Below the pieces are notes generated by a model that saw only the letters and a list, made by a program, of their open reading frames with translations, made no database searches and was not told the origin of the DNA. From positions 29,851,631 through 29,915,630 of the forward strand of contig NC_057720.1 of NCBI RefSeq assembly GCF_004010195.1: a DNA stretch of 64,000 nucleotides. Direction: 5' to 3'. This document shows positions 13,200 to 25,560 of the stretch, piece by piece (positions within the stretch are counted from its first letter, which is position 1; each line of letters opens with the position of its first letter). The position numbers and the translations under genes are program-made. This DNA is from Chiloscyllium plagiosum (Eukaryota).

Positions 13200-14500
13200 G
13201 TTGTAAATAAACCAACCCTCTTAATATTTTACTTTAAATCTTCTGACGAAGTGGACGCTAGTCTGCATTAAGCCGCACTGAAAGCTGGCTTTAAGGAAAA
13301 GCTGAGAGGAATTTATTCTCGCTTTAATTGCTTTAGAACGGCTCCCACAATGACTCATTTGAGAGATTTTGCGTCCATTTAAGTCCCTACTTTCAGCAGT
13401 TCACAAGTTAATCCCCTTTCATTCTGCAGACCCGCAGTTGGCATGAGACAAGGGAGCCTGCTAGACAGAACCTTAAACATATAAGCAGCCAGTGTTTTAG
13501 CGGACACTTCCAAACAGCAGCAGCAACAGGAGCGTGGAAACGGGGGAGCTCTGTGAAAAATAAGGTGTGAAAGCAAAAAAAAAGGAGTTGAAAGAAGGAT
13601 TGGAGTAATATGCAAAATAAGTTTTGTTTAAAAGAAAGCTGAGACGAGTAGTTCTGAGCAGCACAGCAAAGCTACATTTTGAAACTAACCCTGGCGGCTT
13701 CACAAATGGTGTAGACAGCTAGACACAAAACTCTTCAAACAATCTTTAAAATAAATGCCTTAAGCATTACCCCTTACAGGTATAACCACCCCTGTGTTAA
13801 AGCAAGGTTTGCTGTTGCACTGCGGGAAGGAGACGCTATCTAGCACACATCAAGGAGAGAAGGGCATTATTGCTTTAATCCTCTTACCAGTAGTCATTTT
13901 AAGGCAGTTTTTTTTTGGTGTGTGGAATGGCGTCGTGTTGCCCCGATCCCAGTTTAAACCGTCAGGGCTGGGAGAGATTGTATGGGAAGAACCCGGGACT
14001 CTATTAGCAATGTCCAGAGGGTTAGAGCCGTCCATTCTGCTGCGGAAAGCATGACAAATCTGAAAAGCAAATAAAATCAACGGTTGAGTTCGTCAACTCT
14101 CCTCTTAAAAAAACTGTACAGTTCTCACTAAGAGAAAAAAAAATCGCCATGTACAATAGGCGCTCCCCACTTTTGTTGTGCGGGGAGACGGACAGTTGTT
14201 CCCTCTTATCGATAATGTATTATAAATTCCTTATTGTATTTTAATGTTTGAAGCTGATTTGATCTGTCTGGATAGGAATGTGACGCAGGTTGTTTTACAA
14301 GAAGTTTGTGCAGAAGTGAGAGGGAGAGCGAGAGGCCATGTTTTGATTGACATATTGAGGGACCATTGAAATCCTACAGACTTGTTCTTAGCTGCTGAAG
14401 CACGCCAGTGATTCTGTTTTAAAATCCTGCATCAGCCGACTTCCCAGCAGATGGCAACATACCCTGTCATTGGCTGCAACTTTCTAGTGTAATCTGCAAG
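13200..14500 (+). promoter_or_regulatory. Putative dmbx1 promoter region
   Basis: The region is CpG-retaining and free of recognisable repeats. It has TAATCC K50 sites (about 13409 and 13876), a CATATAA TATA-like element (about 13478), a CTCF-like motif and a reverse CCAAT upstream of the donor at 14703. Confidence 0.45.
14442..14458 (+). promoter_or_regulatory. CTCF-like motif CCAGCAGATGGCA
   Basis: 14444-14456 fits the CTCF core consensus CCASYAGRKGGCR. It also contains the E-box CAGATG. Confidence 0.5.
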
Positions 14501-14703
14501 AACCAAGTGCGAGAGAGACTTCGAGAGAGAGAGAGAATACAAAAAGAGAGACAAGAGCTATCTGTAGGCAGATTTGAACCGACAGAAGTGTCTTACTGAC
14601 GACTTTAGAGTCCTAAGTATCATATGTTCTGCCTTATCATCGCGGACCACTTAAACTCGGAGTATATTCTCGGAGGGCGACCGCAAGGTTCCGCTGTGGA
14701 AAG
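14480..14703 (+). other. dmbx1: Putative 5' UTR first exon of dmbx1 (5' boundary uncertain)
   Basis: A consensus donor AAG|GTAAGT lies at 14701-14709, after a GA-rich leader and a reverse CCAAT (ATTGG about 14469), within the CpG-retaining domain. Coding exon 1 begins with an acceptor 12 nt before the ATG, so an upstream exon is required. That this is the one is inference. Confidence 0.55.
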
Positions 14704-17700
14704 GTAAGTGTAGAATATGGTCTTTTAAATTAAACACATGCACTTAACAAAGCTGCTCTTTCTTTCTGCCTTTGTGTATGCAACTAGATAGACGGAAGTT
14801 AATATTTACATGTATATAAATATATGCAAATGATGCCTTTCCCGCGCTGTTTGGTATATTTACAGGCTGCTTGCTTGGAACTGTTTGCCGACTTGCCCTG
14901 TTTAATTTGCGCTGGTTTGTTAATGACAAGTTAGTGGGTCCCATTCTCCGACCACCTTCTTCCATTTGTACCCCCTTTTTTATTCTATTTGTTATCAAAC
15001 AAAATATATGCATGCAATGAAGATGGATTTTTCTTCACAAAATGATAGGCTATTTATCAGAATCCACTGATTATTTCAAAATATCTCACTGTTGAAGTGT
15101 CATCTTGACTGTGTATCTCTAGTCAAAGTCCGCCTCATTCTCTTAGCAGCTTCTGCAAAACAGGTTTCCTCTGAAATCCCAGATGAGGCTGATCCCAGTT
15201 CTGAATGTCTATATTGATTATAATACTCTGCAAAGATAACGCTATTCTTGAGCAGTATGGGTAAGGAAGGAAAAGAGAAAGAAAATGAATTTGCATTGAC
15301 TTATACCTGCAGAACTTTCTCGCATCAATCAAGATTTAAAGACTTTCTGATCGCGCGTCCCCCTGTTTTACTGCGCAGCAGTTGTGTGTCATTTTTCCGC
15401 TCTAGGTTGTATAACAGTGCGGAACAATTGGTTTTCTGGGGGTGCTCTCCAAGTCCCACTCTTGCGTTTGACTGAACCGTGTCTGACAGGCAGCAGTGGA
15501 GGCGGCTCGAGGCGTGCAGATGTCCCTTTGTGGGAGCAGAGAGTGAGTGAGGGAGGAAAATCAACTACCCGGTTCCTTATTCAGATCCGTCTCGATTTCC
15601 GTAAATAATTCTTCTGGTGCCGTGGAGACTTCTTTTAATTAAAAAAAATAAAATTGCGTTAACTCGGTTCCAAATGTTTAAGAAGGGTTGCGGCAGATCA
15701 TAGAGGATCAGCCCAGCTCTACTCATGTGGAGATATTTCCCAACAAACTTTCAGTGTGATTCCATGCACTGGACTTTTAAAGTTCTCTCCAAACTGGGAA
15801 CATTTAACTCCAAAGTGCCGTCATCCCTTTCCGATAATTGGTCATGAACAACATGGGATAGAATCTTCCATTTACCTATCTCACTCAGTTCCTTTATGGG
15901 ACCACCACAGGCTCTTCGAGAACTTAGAAAAAGTTCACTAACTCTCCGCTGGTGAATTATTATTTCAGTTATAATTTGGCCGACTGGAAATAGCAGAATA
16001 CAGACAGGCATCAGACGAAAAGCTGAAAAGGTGTTGATGGGTCAGATTTGATTGTGATAGCTTGGCAAAACCGTAATAGTGCACTTCAAAGAACACCTAT
16101 GTGCTTGTAACAACTCTGTTGCCAAAGTAGCCTTTAATGTCCTGTTTCTTTATATTTTTTTAAAAAAACAGTTTTGTCTGAGGAGAGACCAGGAGCTTCA
16201 CTTTCATATTAACTATGCCCTTCGACCATTAGGCAAAATGGGGACATATTGGGAGGGTGGGACACTGTTTTAATTCAATGCTTAGATAATGCACACGCAT
16301 GTGACAGGTGAGGAGGAAACAGAGAAAAAAAATGATAAAGAGAAGCTAGAGAACACGATAAGATATCAAGTCGAAAATAGGGATGCGATTCATCGATGGC
16401 GTAGTGCAGGAAGTTTCACCAAATCTGAAAAGAAAATGAAGTCGAAAAAAGAAAATTTAAAATAAAATAGTACTGATAGTGCAATAATACAGAAGACAGC
16501 GAGATTGTATCAAATTTATGCATGTACTAAAACTCCGAATAAGTTTAATAAACATCGACATAAATGCATAAGGTGTATTAATTTACAATGTTTGTGTAGA
16601 TATAGACAGATGTTAATTGTTCAATATAACTGACATCTGGTGAGCTAGGTGTATGGAAATTAATTTATTGTGCGTAAAAGCAACGATGTTGGTCAGTGAT
16701 GGAGATAGCAATGGTTAGTCAGGTGTTCAATCAAAGTATGGCAGTAAGGTAAATAGAAAACATGATAAAGTGAGGGCTATGTACAGAGACTGGAAAAAGA
16801 GACATTGGAACAGAAATAACGAGGAGAGGAGCAAATTTCCTAAGAACTATCTAAACTGTCTTCGAAGAATGAATATATATGATCAGCAAATAGGGGCGTG
16901 GGGGGGGTGGATTGGGACGTTGGGGGTGGGGGGAGAGAACCAACCTGGTGTCAGAGAGGATGATGAATGAACCGCACTGCAGTCGAAAGCTATTTCCACT
17001 TCTATTAGGTCCTGAGCCAAATGGGGATCAGGATGCATATTTTAAGGAATATCTAATAAATCTTGCCAAACTCGCCCCTACGGCAATGATCCCGATGCAG
17101 AGGTGACTGCTGAACGCTGGCCTACTTTGTAGCAAAGTAAATGTTTAGAAATCGCCTCTGTCGAAGTAATCAACATTCCTGGGCGCTGCTGTAAATCTCA
17201 TTTCAATGAATTTTTTAAACTGTTTAGCAAGTGTCCATAAATAATTAGTTTCCTCTCGATGTACAGCGACTTAAGGAACAGAATAAACCCATGTAAATGG
17301 TAAATCCCAGCGTTCTGAATTAAATCGAATACAATGGCACTTCTATAAATCATGATTTTAAAGCGTGCGCAGTTTTGCTTGCACTTGTCTAATATGTAAT
17401 CAAGGCCCATTTGACTGTTTAATAATTAACAGCAATTAAGAAATATTTTGTGTTGCACGAGTTTCTGATTTTACAGTACGAATATAATTGCTTTCAGTTT
17501 CACTTGGAGCGACGGTGAACAATTCTATACTCTTTAGCGCACTTTGACAGCGAGAAAACATCTCAATTAACTATAATTAGTACATTTGAATATCGTTTGC
17601 CCTAAAGCTACACCTTAAAAAGATTTAATTATCGCAACGTAATTATTTAAACTAAAGTTACCAATGTTCCAATTATATGTACAAATCCTTTGGAATGCGT

Positions 17701-20235
17701 AACAACTGTTTCAATGCATTTGTAGATTTTGATCTGATGCATTTATTTTGTCATGTAAAGTATGAACACGCGCTCTGATTAATCTTCGTAATTAACCAAT
17801 TTATATTATTAATGCACATAATTAAAGTAAACATAAGCACGCTAATAACATATGTTATATAATCTTTAGGCACCGAGCTGCAAAATTCAGTGAAGAAAAA
17901 TAATGCAGCATCTAATGAATACATTCTGTTGTGTATCCAAATAATGAACCATTATTAATAAAATATAGTCATGTATAAAGTCAAATGTCTCATCTTTTAA
18001 AAAAGAACCTCTATTTCTCCTCTCTTCGCTGTCCTCTCTCACCCTCCTACTTTCCATTTCTTCCTCGCTCGCTTTGATTTATGCAGTTCGATTAGGATAA
18101 CTGTATACTTGGTTCCAGATCGTCGCTGTCGTTAGATTTGCCTTTGCAGATGTAGATGACAGTAATAAATATATAATCATGTCCCGCAGCAAGGACCCCT
18201 TACGGCAGCTCCGCCACGCCAAACTTTTAACACTGTACAAACCAAGAGATGATCAACTCCAAGAAGAAAAGGCAGCAGATAGAAAGTTCTCTTTCTTTCG
18301 AATCTGTTGTTAAAACAGACGTACGACCCAATTCTGCAATTGCACCGTCGACATTTAGTTTGTACGGAGATGCGCGATCTTGTATTGCAAAGGAATGTCA
18401 ATTCCTCTTTCACAAGCCAAGTACATCACTTACTGAATGTGGGGTAGTGATGGTAATGGTACTGAGGAGTGAGCGACGGGGGAGAGTAGATTCACTACAG
18501 GTTGAGACACGATCAAAATGTTACATTTATTTAATAAATATTTTGTATTTAATTTATTAAGCATGCTGGGTCTTTTATTTATGATGACTCTGATCTCGAT
18601 GCCTCATTGTGGTATTCGATGGCTATCTTCTGGGTTACCTCCGATGCTGATCATTGTACATTAACTCTGCGGTGCTGTTGTTCTGACACGAAAAGCGCTC
18701 GCCGCCTGACCCCCTGCACGGGTAATTTGTGTATCAACCAATTCCCTGGATAGCAGTTGTCAGAACAATACCTGTACACGTTAACAAGTCCAAACCTCAA
18801 GAATTTCCCCCCTCTTTACACCTTTTTCTGCCACATAAACTACTCCTCTTCCTTTGCCACTTGCCCCGTTCCTATCAATCAACCTTTCTGTTTCCTTCTC
18901 CCCAATATAGATAGACGCACCTACAACGATATATACGCTCTTAACTTTGTACAACTCTGAACGCAGAGAAATCTGTTCCTGAGAATTTGCTGCAGTAGAA
19001 TTGCATTTTAAACTAAGTATGAGCAATTTTTAAAATAATTGTCTCAGCTGAAATCTGTGCGACATGTCCGGAGACATTTTAACAATCTATTAGGGTTATT
19101 TGACATCACTGATGTTCGGCATTTCACACTGCCCGAGATTAGAGCAAAAGCGTTCATTCTTCAAAATCCCCCGGGAGACACAGGGAAGGCATCCATTTAT
19201 ATGCAGATTTACTGAATCAATAAAAGGCAGTTTAAGACACAAATATCCACAGTAGGGACATTTTTATATATGTATATACATAAAGGCAATTTAAATGGAT
19301 ATATAAATTTCTGTTTTAAGTAAAGGAATGAACATCCACGCATCGATACTGAATAAATATAGAAAAAAAAGCAGTTTGATATATGGGTTCTGTGCATGAG
19401 GACTACATGAACCAGATTACTGGTGGATAGGCAGAATGAATCAATATCAATGGGGGAAACAGAGATATCCTTCAGTAATTATGCAATTAAAGTTTGAGTT
19501 TAACCGGATTTATGTCTCTTAACACGAAACAAATCGCCTGATTAAATTCGACAAAAAAACGCATCAGTCACACTACATTAAAGAGGATGGAGATAATTAT
19601 ACCAATTACCTCTTTGTAATCGCGTGATTTATAATTAATGGCCTCCCCCCACCCCCCCTCCCCAAACAGATAATTTGATAATAATAGATAACACTGTTGC
19701 CGAAACACTGTCACCCTGCAGGTCACCCTTCATGTCGGGGAGGCGGGGGGGGGAGGTGATGGGGAAGGGGCAGAAGCTGGATTAGAGAAAGTTTTGCTGC
19801 TCGGAGTATTCGACAGAACAGTTACAGAAAAAAAAGGGCTTTCTGATAATTAGATTTCCCATTTCACTTGGCGAGCTGTTCTTCAAATCATGGGAGAGAC
19901 GAGGGGTTGCTAACAGGCTCATGAATTGCGCCCGTGTAACATCAGACAGGAATTGCGCTCCAGTTTTTGAGAACTTAAACCCGCGGGAAACCGCTCGCGT
20001 ATCAGGGCGTCAATATACTCGCCAGTCGTGATATCTTGATGCTCGTTTCTCTGTGAAACACAAGTGTGACAGCACTAGTGCAATCGCATGCACAGTGACA
20101 GCAGAAATCCAACAATCAGGTGGTCCCAGTGGACGCTGTGTGTGCAAATTAAGCAACTTTGTGTAAACTACAGAGGGCGAAGTGAAAAAGACATCAGAAT
20201 ACACAGTTAAAGTTGGTGAGGCCATAAACAGCATG

Positions 20236-21170
20236 AGGGAGTTGAACAAAACGTGTGTTAGTAAGAAATTGTTTTGGAGAAATTAATGGGGCTGAAAGCT
20301 GACAAATCCTCAGGAACTGATGGTCCTCGTCCCAATATATTGAAGGAAGTGACTATAATTATAGTCAATGCATTGGTGATCATCTTCCAAAATTGTAATA
20401 ACTCGAGAATGATTGCCATAAATTGGAAAGTGGCAAATGTCGCTCCACTATTGAAACAGGAGATAAATTCACACATACTCCTGGCTAAACGGATGCTGCC
20501 TGACCTGCTGTGCTTTTCCAGCACCACTCTAATCTAGACTCTGGTTTCCAGCATCTGCAGTCCTTGTTTTTACCTGCTGGATAAACGGGACTACTGTGTA
20601 CAGTCCTGCCCCTATATATAAAAAAGCACAATGAAGTACTGGACAAAGTGCATAAAATACTCGGATCTACCAGAATTCAGAGGATGCAGTTATCCCCAGG
20701 AGAGGTATTAAGAGGGGCACTGAATGAAGTTTCAACACAGTTACACAATAGTTTAATAAAGTGGTCACGGAAGGTTTCTGAGGTACTGTTCCTGCCTGAG
20801 GAGCCTCAAGTTCAAGTCCCACCTGCTGGCGAGGTGTGTCATAATTCATAATGGAGACTACAGAAATGGTACAGAAACTAAATATCTGTATTGACTGAGA
20901 AAGATATAAGAAATTTTCCAGTAGCAGAAAACCGAGTGGCCAAGGAGAACAAAGGGAGTTGAACAAAACGTGTGTTAGTAAGAAAATTGTTTTGGAGAAA
21001 TTAATGGGGCTGAAAGCTGACAAATCCTTAGGAACTGATGGTCCTTGTCCCAATATTTTGAAGGAAGTGACTATAATTATAGTCAATGCATTGGTGATCA
21101 TCTTCCAAAATTCTAATAACTCGAGAATGATTGCCATAAATTGGAAAGTGGCAAATGTCACTCCACTATT
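20236..21170 (+). repeat. Local direct duplication of about 217 bp (20236-20452 and 20953-21170)
   Basis: By eye the two copies differ by 5 substitutions and one 1-bp indel. Confidence 0.92.
20490..20576 (+). mobile_element. PLE tail fragment without hammerhead
   Basis: GGATGCTGCCTGACCTGCTGTGCTTTTCCAGCACC...TGGTTTCCAGCATCTGCAGTCCTTGTTTTTACC, close to 38155-38236. Confidence 0.75.
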
Positions 21171-22450
21171 TAAGAAGGGAGACAGCGAAAAAAAAACAAG
21201 GAAATACAGACTTGTTAGCTTCACATCAGTCGTATGGGAAATGCTAGAATTGATTATAAAAGATGGGATAAATAAACACCTGGTTCATAGTGATCTGACT
21301 GGAAGAGTCAACATGGATTTTCAAATATAAATTGTGTTTGTTGGACTTGAAGTTTTTTTTAAAGATGTTTGTAACAATATTGATAATGATGAAGTCTCCC
21401 ATAGGAGCCTGGCTGGAAAGATTAACACATATGGGATTGCTGTTAATGTACTGGGATGGGGTAATGATTGGCTAACAGACAGCAAACAAATAGGAATAAA
21501 TGGGCCAGCTTTGCATTGGCTAGTTGTAACAAATGGGACACTGAAAGGGTCACTGCTGGGGCCCCATCTGTGCAAAATATTTATCAGTGATTTGGAGGTG
21601 GGTCAAAAATTCACAGCTGATACAAAGCTAAGTGGGAATTTGTGTTGTCTGGAAGATGCAAAGAGGCTTCAGGAGGATTTGTCAGGCTTAGTGAATGGGC
21701 AAGAACATGGCAGTTGGAATATAATGTGAAAAAATGTGAGGTTATCCACGCTGGCAGAAGAAACAGATGTGCAAACTATTTCTAAAATGGTAAGCAGTTC
21801 AAAAATGCAGATATACAAAGGTACCTAGTGTTATTGTTGATAAATCACCGAAGGTTAATATGCAAGTGCAGCAAGCTATTAGGAAGACTCATAGAATGTT
21901 AGCCTTTATTCCATGGGATTTGAGTACAGGAGTAATGATGTTTTGCTGCAATTGTATAAGATTTTGTTTAGACTGCATATGGTGCAGTGTTTGCAGTTTT
22001 GGACTCTTTATATTAGGAAAGTTATTGTTATCATAGTGTGAATGCAACAAAAGTTCACCAGAATTGTTCCTGGGAAAGCAGAAATGTACTATGGAGAGAG
22101 AAATGGCAATCTGGGCCTGTATTTTCTGGAGTTTCAAGAAAACTACAAAATACTTAAAAGGACAGACAGGGTCGATGCTGGTTTGGGAGTCTAAAACTGA
22201 GGGTACAATTTAAAAATAAACAACATGCCACTTAGGTCTGAGACGAGTAAAAATTATTTTACTTAGGAGTTGGTGAACAAAGAGCAGTGGAGGCTCAGTC
22301 TTTGCTCGAGAGACTGGATAGATTTCTGATTACCAGTGTTAGGGTTACGGGTATGCGGTGAGTAGAAGGAATTGAACTGTTCGATTAGCCATGAACATAC
22401 TAAATGATGCAGCAGTTTCAATGAGTTAGGTGGCCTACTCCTATGTTTCT
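20880..22450 (+). mobile_element. Older CR1 LINE with a decayed reverse transcriptase
   Basis: It encodes frameshifted WKVANVTPLFKKG...YRLVSFTSVV, NGTLKGSLLGP and KFTADTKL motifs, and ends GGCCTACTCCTATGTTTCT. Confidence 0.88.
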
Positions 22451-23244
22451 CAGTGTCAAAAATGTTTATTAATGTTGAAAATTATCAACATTGAAAACAT
22501 TCAATGTTTGAACTGTGTTTGGGGCCAAAACAAGCAGCACAAATGTTAGGTAGCTGCACCAAATCCTATGTAGTATTTGGGGGCATTTATTTCCACAGAG
22601 AGGTGCAAACATTGAAATTGCTGCTGCATCTAGTTGTCAAAGCAGAGTATTGATCCTTTAAAGTGAAATTTAGCATATATTTAAGTTGGAAAGCAATAGA
22701 GAGATGTAAGCACAGTGTAGGTAAAGACAAATAGCGTCAGAAAACACCCATGACGAGTATAAATGCTAGCGTTGCTCTTTTGGACTGTCTGACCTTTCTT
22801 TGTGCTGCAAATTCAGTGTATAAGTTATGGCTAGGCTACAGCAGGTTATGACAAGTATTTCTTTTGGATATTGATCCTTGTTAGCACTATGCAATTGGTG
22901 ATGTTATCCAAAATGTCAGTTTGTGCAGGGTTTCCACTTCAATAAGAACAGTCTAGTGTTAGTTTTCAGTGAGGTGAATTGGACTTCTGCCACTTCACAG
23001 CTATTTTGCACATGATACTTACTGGGCAGTCTATACATGGGACCGTACATAATAAATGTTTTGACACTGAGTTACTCTATATAGTGTAATGATCAAATAT
23101 CCTTCTGCAACAAGGTGAAATAGCCTGATCTAATATCAATTTATACTGATGTCTGCCAATTAATGATCTTATACCGAGGCCTGTTACAGTAATGATAAAC
23201 TTTGTACATTAATCTGCAAAATGTTGAATTATAATTACTTTATT

Positions 23245-23580
23245 TGCTTTTTCATGAGATGTGGATTTTACCCACATGGCCAATATTTGTTGCCTTTCTT
23301 TCATTGCTGCGCCATTTGCAGCGTTGAAAGTCAATCCTGCTGCTGTGGATCTGTTGTGAATCATTAACCAGAACAAGGAAAAATGGCAAATCTCATTCCC
23401 TAAATGATATTAATGAACTAAATGCATTTTTACATAGCAAGGTCACCATTTCTGAGATTCGTATTTAATTCTAGATTTATCAATTGAATTTAAGTTTCAC
23501 CAGCTGCTGTTATGGAATTTGATCAGAACACCAGAATATCTGGTGTAGTGACATTACCCACAATACCAAGATCTTTCATG
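23245..23580 (-). mobile_element. Decayed copy of the same tRNA-derived SINE
   Basis: CCCTAAATGATATTAATGAAC...AATTGAATTTAAGTTTCACCAGCTGCTGTTATGGAATTTGA. Confidence 0.55.
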
Positions 23581-25244
23581 TGATGTCTGTAACTATGAAA
23601 CCAATGTAGCTAAGTAATAATGCTGATGATATTCTGCATTCATTTGGTTATAAATATGCTCCCTCTATGTAGCATCCTCATCACCCATACACTGCTAACT
23701 GTGGTTCATATCAATATGGAGCAAACTGACCAGTAGGCCATAAGAATGTAGGCCATAAGAATGACCTCCACCAGTGGAGGGGCTTTGAATCCAAGTTGCT
23801 GTCATTATTCTGCATGCACACTATCGAACTGAGCAGCTGCCATATAAATTTGGTACTAAATGTGAACATAAGCTGTGGAGCTCAAAAAGGTCCTGAGTTC
23901 AATCCATGGTGAATCAACAATTGTGCTGCCTGTTCTCAGAAACCTGGGACTAAAGAGAAGTAAAGACATCAACCAAAATTCCAGGGCCTGGTTTCTCCTC
24001 TCCAAAGTGTACATTTGTGTTTGCCCAGTGAGGCATGGAGCAGGCTAAACTGTAATCCTCTCACCATCCCACATTCCTCCCCTCTTCCCCACCATCATTC
24101 CAAAATGCTACAAACCTACACAACATTCTTAGAGACCCATGAAAAATAGGTGTATGAGAAAGGTGTGTATGATGGCTAATAGTCATGATTTAAAATCTTC
24201 CATTTAGTATTTGTCTGTCCAGAAAATGAGAAAAATAAAGTAAGCAAAATAAAAATTATTACGGTAGGCAGCACATTATTCTGCCTCATCAGATCATCCA
24301 ATCAGGAAAGCCTGACACCAAATAACAACTTGGTCCTGTCCGAGGGGTGACTAAAAACTCACTGATGCCAAGTAGTTTACAAATGTATTAAACTGCTAAC
24401 AGACCATCGGCATTAATTTGGCAGACCAATTCCTAAGCGTATTAAGGCAGAAGAAGCAGATGCCCTTCCCGTGGGGGTTTCACATTTATTTAACAATGTA
24501 CAAGCAACAGTGTACATCTGGCCTGACAGAGTTCAGCTATGTAGCAAAAAGTTGGATTGTGTCAGAAGTGCTGGAAAGAAGTTAAAGATAATTTTCTCCT
24601 CACTGAATCATGTTGAAGAGAATAGACTCCCTTGTAGTTATATAAATTCAAAATGACTTACAATCTACTTTTTCAGGATATAATACATGCACATAATGAA
24701 TAAGACTTCCTATGTTGTGTATTGTTATGATGGGACAAGGACCTTTTGGATAATAGCCATTGTAATGAAAAATTGAAGCAGAGCTGAGTGGCAGTACAGC
24801 TCTGACTGGTGTGCAATCAAGCATGTAGTGATTTTAACTAAGAGAGACAATAGAATTCATTCCTTAAAGTTCTGCAAACCACCTAAAGCATTTCAACATA
24901 TGATTCTGCACTGATTTTGATTCAATTGTGACCAACTCTTCTAAAAAATACTGCATCAAAATGGTACAGTTATGCTGTAGTTTAACCTTTAGTTTTATGT
25001 CACTATGATATGGAAACTTATGCACTCAAAATGTACAGCATATCTGTTCCATTAGAAAACCATTAAAGCTGTCTTTGTGGATCAGGTTTTCTAAAATTTC
25101 AACTTGTCTTTTCCTATTTTTATTAATGTAAGAATTTAATCAGTGTTACGGTTGCTAATGCTGTCAACTACAGAAAGAGTAGTATTTAGAAAGATTGGTG
25201 AGTGCCTTTCAGAGATCACTCAGGAAAATATTGATATTTAAATT

Positions 25245-25560
25245 TTTCATGGTTGTTGACATTGCTAGCATTTGCTGTCCATTGTAAATGTCCTCAAATT
25301 AATTGAATTGCTGAGCCATTTCAGAGGGCAGTTAAGAGTCAACCACACATCAACAGTCATATTTAGGCTCAGTCAGATAAGAATGAATATTTTCTAACCT
25401 AAAGAGGATTGGTGAATAGGATAGGTTTTTGCAACAATTATTTCATGGTTACCATTACAGACACCAGCTACTAAGTCCAGATTTATAAATTGAATAGAAT
25501 TAAATGAAGCTGCTGTGGTGAGATTTGAACCCAAAGAATTAGGCTAGGCCTTTGGGTTTC
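25245..25560 (-). mobile_element. Decayed copy of the same tRNA-derived SINE
   Basis: GAGGGCAGTTAAGAGTCAACCAC...GTGGTGAGATTTGAACCC. Confidence 0.65.

Noticed and set aside
16893..16934. G-rich tract with G-quadruplex potential
   Set aside because: Such tracts are common and nothing here supports a function.
23733..23762. Exact 15-bp tandem repeat GTAGGCCATAAGAAT x2
   Set aside because: A simple slippage duplication with only two units and no spacers, so not CRISPR-like.
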